Shown here piece by piece: positions 52,190 through 64,000 of a stretch of DNA of 64,000 bases. Position 1 is the stretch's first letter; each line of letters starts with the position of its first letter. The DNA comes from Octopus sinensis (taxonomy: Eukaryota): contig NC_043010.1 in assembly GCF_006345805.1 (NCBI RefSeq), forward strand, positions 25,606,001 to 25,670,000, given 5' to 3'. The position numbers and the translations under genes were made by a program. Under the pieces are notes generated by a model, which was not told the DNA's origin, did not search any database, and was given only the letters and a program-made list of their open reading frames with translations.

Positions 52190-52430
52190 CAAGCTTGCTT
52201 GGTGAGGAGGGTGTTTATTGGACACCCTGTGGGATGAAAAACAAAACCCGTCAAAGGGCGGAGGAACTCTTGAGAGTCAACGGCCATCCAATAAATGTCT
52301 TAGGGCTGTATCATGCGAGGACCTAGAAATACCTGGTATGGTGCCCAGGCGCGCAGAAAGCCTACAAGGGTTGATCAGACCCTTTAGTGTTGATTCTCAC
52401 AACTGATCTAGGAGACGGAACACTCTTACA
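52190..52430 (+). repeat. Unclassified dispersed repeat; inverted homolog at ~32740-32890
   Basis: ggacaccctgtgggatgaaaaacaaaacccgtcaaagggc resembles the reverse complement ggacaacccacgggatgaaaaacaagacctgccaaagggc near 32810-32850. Confidence 0.5.
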
Positions 52431-52823
52431 AGAAACTGCGATCGTTTTATCATCTGACGTGTGGCACACCATGCACCTGTACAGACCATGTTAATTCGAT
52501 GGAGAGAGTGTGCTTTGTTCAGCACAAGCAATGACCACTTTAAACAAGTCAAAGTGCCGGTTGTTCAGTAAACCATTTTCACTCAATAACACCTGAGGTT
52601 TGGCACATCGATGTGTGCTTTTTTTTTTTTTTTAAGATACACATGCAGTGTCACAGGGCTTGGGAGTTGTTGAAGGTTATTTGCTGAACCCTCATTCATC
52701 GTCTTTGATGAGAGAATCCAGCATATATATATATGTATATGTATGTGTTTGTATATAGATATTATAAGCACTTATCTCAGGTATATGTATATGTATATGT
52801 ACATTATAAGCACCTATCTCAGG

Positions 52824-52862
<39 letters not shown>

Positions 52863-52892
52863 GCGAGAAAGAAGCAACAAGAATGGATAGGT

Positions 52893-52983
52893 TTTTAGTA
52901 CAATCGTTTCATACAAGGACAGGCTTTATTAAAAGTTGCAAAAATTGCAGCATATAAACGTGTCCCGTACTCATCAGCTAAAA
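52893..52983 (-). ncRNA. Type I hammerhead ribozyme in the 3' pLTR
   Basis: UUUUAG-CUGAUGA-GUACGGGAC...GUCCUUGUAU-GAA-AC-GAUU-GU-A|CUAAAA. 6-bp stem I, long stem II (with inner UGCAA/UUGCA hairpin), 2-bp stem III; GUA cleavage at 52899/52898. Confidence 0.85.
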
Positions 52984-54443
52984 TACATGTGAGTTCTCTA
53001 GACATCCTAGTGGTTGAGGCTATACTCATGAAGTAATGTAGATAATTAAGTAACATAAACAGATTTCCAAAGTTCATTAAAGTTCTTTAAAGATGATGTA
53101 CAGTCTTATCACAGAATTTAAAAAAAGTTTTAATAGCATCACAGAGAAGGTGACTAATCCATGGTGTACATATGAATTTCCAGAGATATGAGGAGGGATT
53201 ACATACTCACAGACGACAAATTTATCCATTGCTAATCACAACGAGGTGGGTTTCAATTCCTGCTTATTAGCATTACCGAGAGGTGAATTAATCCTTTGTA
53301 TAGATGCACAATTTCCAATGGTGTAGATGTAAATTTCCAGAGAAATGAAGAGGAATTTCATATTCACAGGCGATAAATTTATCAATGGTTGAACACAATG
53401 AGGTGGGTATCAATTCTTGCTATATGATTAGGTATTTGCCACATTAATCACATTACTGCTATTTTCAAGAGACTGTAGCTATTTAACTTTTAAAGGCTGA
53501 AGGGCTTTCTAGAGAGGCAAAGAACAGAAAAGGGAAGGAAAGAGAGAAAATATGGGGAGGAGCAAAAGGGGGGGGGCTAGAAGAAGAGAAAAGGAAAAAG
53601 AAAAAAAGAAAAGAGATAAGAAGAAGAAAAAGAAAAAGAGAAAAGAGAAAGAAATAGGAAAGAAGGGAAAAAAAGAGAAAAAAAAAAAAGAGGGTTCTAG
53701 TTATACAGAGGAATTAGTAGACGGCAAGTCTGGTTTTAATTTACAGGCATCTAGGAACTAGAGGAGATATTATTCTTTGACCAGTAAAACAGCTAATTTA
53801 TTGCTGTCGAAAGCAGCTATGAATTTAAAGAGAATCTAAAGAGATAACACGGTCAGGGGTTTAGGGGTTTAGGGGTCAAAGTAAAATCAAAAGAAAATAC
53901 ATTAGGAAAATCTAAGTATAATCTTATCAAAAAGTCATTAAAATTTATTTATTTAATTTATTCATTTTACTGTCTTAAGGAGTTGCCGTTATTATTCATA
54001 CATTGACGGACTACAGGTCAAATCTTAGAAGATCATTTACAAGGTGTTAGGGAATTGTCTATCATAATGAAGATAATCATATTATCACCGAGGGAGTAGC
54101 CTTATTTATTTAATTTTGAAATAGAATTATGGGGCTTTAGTAACTCATTTTATTTTATTAAAGTTATGCTACTTAAATTAGATTAAGTTAAGAATTAAAA
54201 TTAAAAATTAAAATTAAGATTTAAAATTAAGATTTAAAAATTTAAAATTATGAGTTTGAATTAAATAAAGCCTCAATTAAGCAGCGTATAAGTACTATTC
54301 ATTTCCCTCTCTCAAAAAACTGATGCAGATATAAGGAAAAAGATAACTGTAGTGTGAGAACTCTTAGTTATCTACTTAAAGCAGTGCTATACTAGCAAAA
54401 ATCAAGTTATATCTATCTATCTATCTAGTTACGAATATTCTAA

Positions 54444-57384
54444 TCATTTAAAATATTTTAAAGTCTTCAATTTAGCATGGACACAAACTTGACCTAGTTC
54501 GATATGGTTATTCAATAAGTTTCTATGTTTTCTATGCTTTAGAATTTCATACGTCTCCATGGAGCATAGTTGGCAACCAACCCTGCTATTTTTATACGGA
54601 ATTGCTCTCCTAACTATTTCCCAATTAAGGTTATAATTATTATTATTATTTTTGAGTTCCCAGATTTTGTTTGAAAGTGTGGTGGTACCAGCTTTATGAC
54701 GTAATTTAAAAGACGAGATGTGATTTCTAACTCTGGCTAGAAAATTAATTGTACATCCAATGTAAAGATATTTGTTATTCTCCGTGGATATGGTACATTT
54801 ATAGATTACATTATTTTCCGCATAGACCAGGTGCCGGGCATTTTGATTTTATTCTACACTTACACACAGGAGGAACAACTTCAGGTTTTGGATTATTCTT
54901 GGGTAGATGTCTTAGGTTCCTATTATTTTGATTATCATGAGTATAATTGTCCTTATTGTTATTAATATTCTATAGTTGGTGCTGATATCTAAAGTATTGC
55001 TATTATTTATTGATCCTTCTGTTTCATCTTTTAGGTCTAAAGTCCTACCATGATTTCTTATATTATTGGTAATGTTACTATTATTGTTAGTCTTTTTATC
55101 CGACTGCATATTGTTGTTATAGATATCACTATATTTTCATTCTCCTTATTTTCTCCATTAGCCTTATTTCTATTATTTCTATTATTAACATTATTACTTC
55201 TATTAATATCGGTATTGTTATTATTACTATTAATGTTAATGTTATTAGTCATTCTGTGGTAACTAATTTCACCCATGTTTTGATAGTTACTATTGCTTTT
55301 TTTATTGTTGGTAGTATTATTATAATTGCTATTGGTATTCATGTTGATATTATTATTTTTATTTCTATTTTTCCTGGCTAGTTTAATGTTGTTATTATTA
55401 ATCTTAGCTATTAAAGTGGACATATTTGGGAGGGTTGAATAAGAAATCCTAACTGTTTTCCTAGAAATAATTCTATGATATCTATGAGAGATTGGGAAAT
55501 TTTTTTCCAGAATTACTTTGAATTTGTTCTGTATATCCGATTGTATCGCACAGTTGAAAGGAATATTCAGCCATATTATATATTTTTTATTAAATTTAGG
55601 GTTCGTAGAATTATTACTATTCATCTCACCGGAGCTATTGTATTTATTACCATTATTTTTATTTTTATTTGTGTGCATCTTTGGTTTATCTACTTCGATA
55701 TTATCTGAGTTACCTATGTTCTGGTCAATGCTTCTATTTGAATTGTTGGGCCTGTACGTTAGATTAGCGTTTACCGTTAATTTAATTCTACTTTTATTTC
55801 GGGCTTGGTCTGTATTGCTGCTTACGTGATTACTGATAACTTCCTTATTAGGAATACGTGAGTTCTCCTTATCAACGAATGTAATCTTTTGGTTGTATCC
55901 AGCCTTAGTTAACGCCGCATTATAATGCTCAGAATGGGAGTTAAATATATCCTTATTGGATGATAATTTTGAAATTCTTAATGAAATATTTCTTACTAAA
56001 GATTCATTTATTTTGGGGGATGATTTGATAATTTATTTACGTAATTCGTGATTTCGCCTTCCTTTCTAAATGGGTAATGCAGCTTGGAGTTAAGGTCTAG
56101 CGTAATATCTAGGAAGTTAACTATTTTAGTGCCCGGTTCATACGTTATACTGAGGTTGAAATCCTTAAAGAACTTATTAATTTTCTTTCTAATCCTTTCT
56201 ATAACAGATTTATTATTACTAGGGATAACAAACAGAGCATCATCCCTATATAGACCCCCTGTATTTCTGGGATATCCTTGCTTATGCATTTTAATAGATA
56301 TGCGCCTACTAGGTTGGTTACCTCAGCCGAATCACTGGAACCCATTGGTATATCAAAATAATTAGGTGTATCCGCTCTAGTCCATAATTTATCTTCAAAT
56401 TCTATAAATGTCTTCCTAGCTAGTAGCACAATATTGATTTCTTCTCTAGATATGAGGGAGCGATTCATGGCAATATTAGTGATTTGTTGAGTAAGATAGG
56501 GGAAATACAGAGTAATAACTATTAATATCGAACTGAATAAAGGACAGACTACTAGTATTAGTTAGAGAGTTAAACCATTTTAGAACTTCGTCCGTACTTA
56601 GCCATAGGTTTAAGGGGAGAAGAGGGGTTATTTGGGGTAGAACAGTATCCAGGATAGATTTACTAAGTCGGCCAATGTCCGACTTAGTTGGACAGATCAG
56701 CCTTACCGAAGGGTTTTCCAAGAAATTCTTTTTGTGGTCTTTAAGGTTGATCCTGGGCTCACACGGTTTAAGCGGCTCTGTTCTATCCGTTAAATTTAGT
56801 TTCTCCATGATCTCTTTCATTTCCAGGTTTACTTTTTTCAAATTGTTCTTAGTCGTAATTTTATATTTGGAATTTAGTTCCTTCCTAATTAATTTGCTAT
56901 AAAGATCGTAATCAACTCTATACATATTACCCGTTTTATCTGCTGGTACTAGGATTCCATGTTTGCACCTGGTTGACTGAATAAAGTTCCTAAGGTGTCT
57001 AAGGTGAGGGTTGTATCTCAACGGGTGTTCCTTGAAGCTAATATCATCTATAAGATTCAGCAAGTCTTTCTCAAAGTTCTCCAGGAATGGGTTCTGAGGT
57101 GGACTTTTTCTACTTTTAAAAATTCTTCCAAAATTCTTTTCGGTATTCTTTTCCTGTGGTTTCTTCTTCTGTTTGACATCAAAATGGTACGTTTTCCACC
57201 TGATTCTTCTAATGAAATCGTTAATCCTATGAATGAGAAGCCAATTATATTCATCTATACTATGTAAGGGGATGTCTTTAGGGGAGAACTCAATGTTTAC
57301 TTTTTCCATTCTTGTTGAGAAATTAAGTACCAGAAAAACATACAGACTGTATGGGAATATATTCAAAAAGCAATAAAGACTCAA
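54444..57384 (-). CDS. Penelope-like element ORF (RT, Asn-rich linkers, GIY-YIG endonuclease), frameshifted in this sequence
   Basis: N-terminal FSPKDIP...FIRRIRWK; RT motifs IQFDINSYY, PMGSSDSAEV and GLYRDD, then FLDITLDL. C-terminal CKC...CP...C, VIYKC...YIGCT...R..NH..SF, LS..IWELK, C..C and C.H; stop at 54444-54446; several 1-nt frameshifts. Confidence 0.88.
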
Positions 57385-57512
57385 GTTAATTTAAATGAAT
57401 TTACTTGAATATGGTACCTAACTTAGATGCACCAAAACAAACTATACGGTTTTAACAATACAGTAATGTGGGGTGATTATAAGCGAGAAAGAAGCAACAA
57501 GAATGGATAGGT

Positions 57513-57603
57513 TTTTAGTACAATCGTTTCATACAAGGACAGGCTTTATTAAAAGTTGCAAAAATTGCAGCATATAAACGTGTCCCGTACTCATCAGCTA
57601 AAA
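57513..57603 (-). ncRNA. Type I hammerhead ribozyme in the 5' pLTR
   Basis: Identical sequence to 52893-52983 (offset 4620). Confidence 0.85.
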
Positions 57604-58735
57604 TACATGTGAGTTCTCTAGACATCCTAGTGGTTGAGGCTATACTCATGAAGTAATGTAGATAATTAAGTAACATAAACAGATTTCCAAAGTTCATTAA
57701 AGTTCTTTAAAGATGATGTACATCTTATCACAGAATTTAAAAAAAGTTTTAATAGCATCACAGAGAAGGTGACTTAATCCATGGTGTACATATGAATTCC
57801 AGAGATATGAGGAGGGATTACATACTCACAGACGACAAATTTATCCATTGCTAATCACAACAAGGTGGGTTTCAATTCCTGCTTATTAGCATTACCGAGA
57901 GGGTGAATTAATCCTTTGTATAGATGCACAATTTCCAATGGTGTAGATGTAAATTTCCAGAGAAATGAAGAGGAATTTCATATTCACAGGCGATAAATTT
58001 ATCAATGGTTGAACACAATGAGGTGGGTATCAATTCTTGCTATATGATTAGGTATTTGCCACATTAATCACATTACTGCTATTTTCAAGAGACTGTAGCT
58101 ATTTAACTTTTAAAGGCTGAAGGGCTTTCTAGAGAGGCAAAGAACAGGAAAGGGAAGGAAAGAGAGAAAATAAATATATATATATATATATAGATATATA
58201 TATATATATATATATATCATCATCATCATCGTTTAACGTCCGTTTTCCGCGCTAGCACGGGTTGGACGGTTTCGACCGGGGTCTGGGGAGCTCAGGACTG
58301 CCCCAGGCTCCAGTCTAGTCTGGCAGTGTTTCTACAGCTGGATGCCCTTCCTAACGCCAACCACTCCGCGAGTGTAGTGGGTGTTTTTTACGTGCCACCT
58401 GCACAGGTGCCAGAGGGGTCTGGCATCGGCCAAGTTCGGATGGTGCTTTTTATGTGGGGGGGGGGTATAGAAATATATAGGGGAGCACCAGTGGGGAGGG
58501 TGGTTCAGAGAAATGATGACAGGTTCTAGGCAAGTAGAACGTAGGATATCAAGAGAGGGGTAATGCATGGTGAAATAGCGTGTTGAAGAGGGGGGTTCGA
58601 AGAGTAGACACCTATAATAGTGGTGGGAGAAGCGACATCCGGTATAGATGGAACAAAAATATAGAGATATCCGGTATTGGTGGTGGGGGTGGGCAAGGGC
58701 GGGTGCACCGGGAATATGCGAAGGTTGAACCGGGA

Positions 58736-59416
58736 ATATGCGAAGGTTGAACTTTAGAGAAACGGGCGGGAATGGCGATGTTTTTAGGGTGGCATGTAGA
58801 AAGAAAAGGAAAGCAAAGCAGATTGGTGGTTATAAGTTCAAAACATTTAAACGGTAGACAAATGTATGTATGTATGTATGTATGTATGAAATAGAAGGGA
58901 GAAATCTTAGCCTGCTCATGGACATCGCTGCAAGTCAGGGGAAGAAATGATAGTGAATGGTGGAGATCGAATTAAAGGGATATGCGAAGGTTGACTTTTT
59001 GAGAAACGGGCGGGAATGGCGATGTTTTTAGGGTGGCATGTAGAAAGAAAAGGAAAGCAAAGCAGATTGGTGGTTATAAGTTCAAAACATTTAAACGGTA
59101 GACAAATGTATGTATGTATGTATGTATGTATGTATGAAATAGAAGGGAGAAATCTTAGCCTGCTCATGGACATCGCTGCAAGTCAGGGGAAGAAATGATA
59201 GTGAATGGTGGAGATCGAATTAAAGGGAATATGCGAAGGTTGAACTTTAGAGAAACGGGCGGGAATGGCGATGTTTTTAGGGTGGCATGTAGAAAGAAAA
59301 GGAAAGCAAAGCAGATTGGTGGTTATAAGTTCAAAACATTTAAACGGTAGACAAATGTATGTATGTATGTATGTATGTATGAAATAGAGGGAGAAATCTT
59401 AGCCTGCTCATGGACA
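58736..59416. repeat. ~245-bp tandem repeat, 2.75 copies, with internal variable (TATG)n
   Basis: atatgcgaaggttgaMYttWWgagaaacgggcggg... starts at 58736, 58980 and 59229. Confidence 0.92.
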
Positions 59417-59431
59417 ATATATATTATATAT

Positions 59432-59481
<50 letters not shown>

Positions 59482-59679
59482 ATATATAGTGTGTGTATGT
59501 ATATAGATGTGTGTGTGTTTATGTCTGTGTTTGACCCCACCACTGCTTGGCAAACCAGTTTTGTTGTGTTTATGTCTCCGTATCTTAATGGTTCAGCAAA
59601 AAAGACCAAGCTTTACAAAAAAATATGACTATTGTGCCCTCAGATGGCTACAGTCAAATGACCAAAACAAATAAAAGAT

Positions 59680-59712
<33 letters not shown>

Positions 59713-60407
59713 CGACAGGCTTCTTTCAGTTTTTGTCTACCAAATCCACTCAGGGCTTTGGTCGGCCTGAGGCTATAGTAGAAGGTACCATGCAATGGGA
59801 CTGAACCTGGAACCATGTGGTTGGTAAGCAAGCTACTTACCATACAGCCACTCCTGCACCTATAATATGTGTACATGTATACATGTATATTAATGCTTGT
59901 TTCTAGGTCAGTTTATTTAAGTAGAAACAATTCAACTTTAAAATGAAAAATTACCCAATGTTTCCATAGCGTGCATGCTTATTGAATTTTTAAAAAGGAA
60001 AGGTTGTCAGTAACTTCGAAGTTTCAGCTAGCTTGCTTTCATCATACTATTGAAGCATGTGTGCATGCATATGTGTATGAGTGTATGTGTGTGTGTGTAC
60101 GCATACATACATATAGACGCACACACACACACATGCACACTCATACACACAGACATACACTCATGCATGTGCGACACCCAAACACATGTACATTAACGGT
60201 ATCTTGTACTTTTCCTTTTATCAATCACTAATCAATTGCTAAATGGGTAAGTTTTTGTGAGTTACATACTTTTAGTGTGTCATGCAGCCTTAAAGGGCAT
60301 AAATCGTGACATATTTACACCAGTACATGCACACACAACCACACACATGCACACACAACCACACACAACCACACACATACACACACGGACAGATGAATGA
60401 ATAGATT

Positions 60408-60441
<34 letters not shown>

Positions 60442-60464
60442 TGAATGAATAGATAGATAGATAT

Positions 60465-62183
60465 GTTTCTTTATTAGCCACATAGGGCTGCACACAGATG
60501 GGACAGATTACAAAGTAGAGCTTTTCTTTTTTTGGAGAAAAAAAAAAGTGGGGTAGGTTTTCGATCAAAAGGGATGGTAAGAGGGAAATAAGAAAAAAAA
60601 AAGAAAAAAGGGAAAAGAGACAAAAGAAAAAAAAGGAGAAAAAAAGAAAGGAAAAAAGGGGAAAAAGAAAAAAGTGATCAATGGGGATCGTGTATCACAG
60701 TGTCATGATGTACGGTGTAAAGGGGGAAGCAGATAAGGTTTATCCGTGGGAAGAAAAGCCTACGGAAAAGACCACGGTAACCTCGATCAATATTGTTACA
60801 TGTTACCACATTTGTTTGCAAGTGGGTAACCCTCTGTTTTCAATTTCTGGGTTCATAGGATTATGCTCAAGGTGGCTTTGTCATTCATATGTGCCATCCT
60901 TGCTACATTCACCCATCATTTTTTAAAACATTCGCTAGAGAAAACTTGCCTCTCTACTCTCACTTTCCTTTTCAAGTGATACTTGAAGAAGTTGATGAGA
61001 GATTGACCAGAGAGGAAAGTGTTTGTCTCCAATCCTTTCAGATGCGTCCACCAGATACATTCTTTCGCCATAGCCACAAGGATGATGAAAATAGCTCTTC
61101 CTTCTCGTTTGAAGGAAGGAGACATGACAATATTGACAATAGACTCAGCTGATAAACCGTCTCATCCCACACGTGACAACAGTTGTTCGACATAAGCCCA
61201 CAGGTCGGAAATTGTTGGACACTGCACGAGTGCATGCAGAACAGTTTTGTTGCTCTGACCGCATCTCGGGCAGGTCGGCCCCGTATTTCTCGAGCCGTGT
61301 CAGTAGAGCTTATCCCGAACGGGTAGCGCTTCTCGGTAGCATTGCCAGGCCAGGGATCTCTGGAAGTTGTCCATGAGCCCTGGCCCGAAAGTCATCCCAA
61401 ACAGGTGGATCAGGTATTCCTCGTCGACGTCCAGGTTCACCCCGAGCTCGTCGTCGTACCTCCCCTCCACTAATCCCCTATTGAATGCTTGGGTTGTGTT
61501 GGAGTCACTCAAGGTCGACCTGGGACAGCAGGGTTGCTTGACGGACCGAACGTGCAATGTCAAAAGGTCTCAATAGATGTCCATTTACGCGAATTACTGA
61601 CCGGATGCCTCTGTACAAAGCGGCTATCCAGCCGCGGAAGACAGGACCGAAACCAGCCGCTCTGAGGACAGCCTCCAAGTATCGATGGTCTACCCTATCG
61701 AAAGCTTTCGATTGATCCAAATTGATCAGCACCCCACCCATGCCAGGTTCCTTAACTACTCTGTCTATGATGTAGCGCATCAGGTGGAGGTTGTCATGGA
61801 TGCTCCGGCCCAGCCCGGCGCACGTTTGCGCCTTGTCGACCAGTTTCTTGATGACAAGCGCCAACCTCTTGGCTAACACCTTGTCCAAAATTTTCAAGTC
61901 TGCATTAAGCAGAGTGATGGGCCTAAAGTTATCTATTACATTACCCTTGTTTAGGTCTTACCTCAGCAGTGTTACGGCTCCTTGGCTCACAAAACCAGGA
62001 ATGCTCCCATTTTGCTGCCAGTTGCAGTACACCGCTGCCAAGACGTCGTCTCCAAACAAGTCTGGCATACAACTGTAAAGCTCGTAGGGTAGACCATCCA
62101 GACCCGGCGATTTATCCCTCGAGCATTCTGCCATCGCGTCCTGCACTTCCACCACCGTGATGGCATCTTCACAGCGCCCTGCC
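60465..62183 (-). mobile_element. 5'-truncated, internally deleted Tx1-clade LINE in (GATA)n
   Basis: RT reads KSPGLDGLPYELY, RPITLLNADLKI, LDQSKAFDRVDH, ..SVRQ, then jumps (~61537) to the zf-RVT region W......LPVRDKL..HG...CPRC...TVLHALVQC and the C-terminal AKECIWW..K...FFKYHLKRKVRVE. The 3' end has AATAAA, and (GATA)n lies on both flanks. Confidence 0.9.
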
Positions 62184-62189
62184 TATAGA

Positions 62190-62249
<60 letters not shown>

Positions 62250-62286
62250 TAGATAGATAGGTAGATAGCTAGCTAGATAGATAGAT

Positions 62287-62341
<55 letters not shown>

Positions 62342-62794
62342 CAGATAGACAGATAGACAGATAGCTAGCTAGATAGATAGATAGAGTGTGTGAGTGAGCA
62401 AGACAGGCAGGCAGATAGATAGACAGACAGACAGACAGACAGGCAGGTAGACAGACAGACAGACAGACATAGATAGATAGAGATGAATGACTAGATGGAG
62501 AGATTAGATATAGATATAATTATCTGCCAAATTTCACTCTGAAAGCATTGGTCAACATGAGTCTATTTTAAAAGACACTTGCCCAGGGAACCATGAACTA
62601 GGATTGAAACCAGACCACATGGTTGTGATATGAATTTCTAAACTGTAACCATAAGAATTATTCATATTTCTTTCAGAGTATGGTTTCCTGATATTCTTTT
62701 AGTTTATATGTGGAGATATATTTACTGGTTATTGTCTCCAAGCAAGTGAATCTGAGTGCAGCATATTTGATTTGGCTTTATTATATGTCATTAA

Positions 62795-62842
<48 letters not shown>

Positions 62843-62956
62843 GATCAAGTTATATTATAATTAATTCTTCAGTAATTTAATTAAGCTAAATGTTTTTCCC
62901 CCCATTTTTATGAAGCTATACTGCCTCCTCTTCTTTATATGACTGTATGTTTGTGC

Positions 62957-62999
<43 letters not shown>

Positions 63000-64000
63000 T
63001 ACATATATATATTCACATACACACACATATATACAAAAATACACATCTCCCTCTCTTCCTCTCTCTATATATATATACATATATATATATGTGTGTGTGT
63101 GTGTGTATGTATTCATTCACACACACCTACACACCTATATACGCATATAAAATCTTTTGTCTTATGTTTCTTTTTTTCTTTTCCCTAAACTATGTGTCTT
63201 ATCTTAAATCTCAAATTTTCTGGACTGGTATCAAATATCTCCTTGTTACTTTAAATACAATTGCCTTTTTGTCAAAATTCAATAATTTTATGGAAAATTG
63301 AATTAAATTTAATCTAATTTATAAAATTTAACTTCATCTATTTTGTGAATGTAGTTGAGATTTTTACAAATTGCTGTTTTGAGAGAATATCCCCCAAGAC
63401 AAAGTTATGTGTCTTTAATTTTTCATTAAGATGGTGATGATGTTGATGATGATGATGAAAAGGAGGGGAGGGAGAGGGTTGTGAGAATGATGATGGTGGT
63501 GGCGACGACGATGGTGACAATAGGTTGTGACGATGGGCTGTGGTGGTGGTGGTGGTGGTGAAAGTAAAGAAAAATATTGCATGTTGATAAAGATGATGAT
63601 GAAGAGGAGGAGGGGAAAGGCTTGTGAGAATGATGCTGGTGGTGGTGATGACGATGGTGACAATAGATCATGGTGATGATGGGCTGTGGTGACGGTGGTG
63701 ATGGTGATGATGATGTTAGTTGTGGTGTTGATGATGGTGGTGGTGGTGATAATTATTGTAGTGGTGGTGGTGGTGGTGGCGATGAAAGTGACAATCATAA
63801 TGATGATGGCGACGGTAATCACTTAAAATAGTTAACATATTCAGTTGAAGTGTGCCATATGTTTTCACATGATATTCATACCTGAGGTGCTAAATTCTAT
63901 CTACGTTAATCAATAATTATAATCAGATAAATAAGGAACAAGATAGCAACAATTCATTATTGATAGCAGTTGTAACAACAATATCAACAACATTTTCTTC

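Larger units (their letters stand above)
52863..58171 (-). mobile_element. Near-complete Penelope-like element (RT + C-terminal GIY-YIG) with 689-bp direct repeats (pLTRs), inserted in (TA)n
   Basis: 52863-53551 and 57483-58171 are direct repeats with only ~6 small differences; the ORF lies between them; (TA)n on both flanks. Confidence 0.95.

Overview
Eukaryotic, AT-rich, microsatellite-saturated DNA; the repeat families and overall character suggest a coleoid cephalopod (Octopus-like) intronic or intergenic region (inference). No host gene can be named, and only low-confidence candidate exons are seen. The window is mostly mobile DNA: a near-complete, young Penelope-like element (RT + GIY-YIG, 689-bp direct repeats each carrying a type I hammerhead ribozyme); fragments of RTE, CR1, Tx1, HERO-like and R4/Dong-like LINEs; two non-autonomous Helitrons; a decayed hAT transposase; and many tRNA-derived SINEs. 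The most notable signal is a non-coding ~830-bp repeat family, with one copy at 41.7-42.8 kb and a tandem dimer of a diverged subfamily at 49.1-50.6 kb. All three units keep the three hammerhead core segments (GUU site, CGAAAC, CUGAUGA) with compatible helices, but in a non-circularly permuted order. The units show Penelope-style tandem and inverted ends and sit in (TA)n like the neighbouring Penelope-like element, which suggests a retrozyme-like RNA parasite with a rearranged ribozyme. All RNA folds were worked out by eye and are untested.
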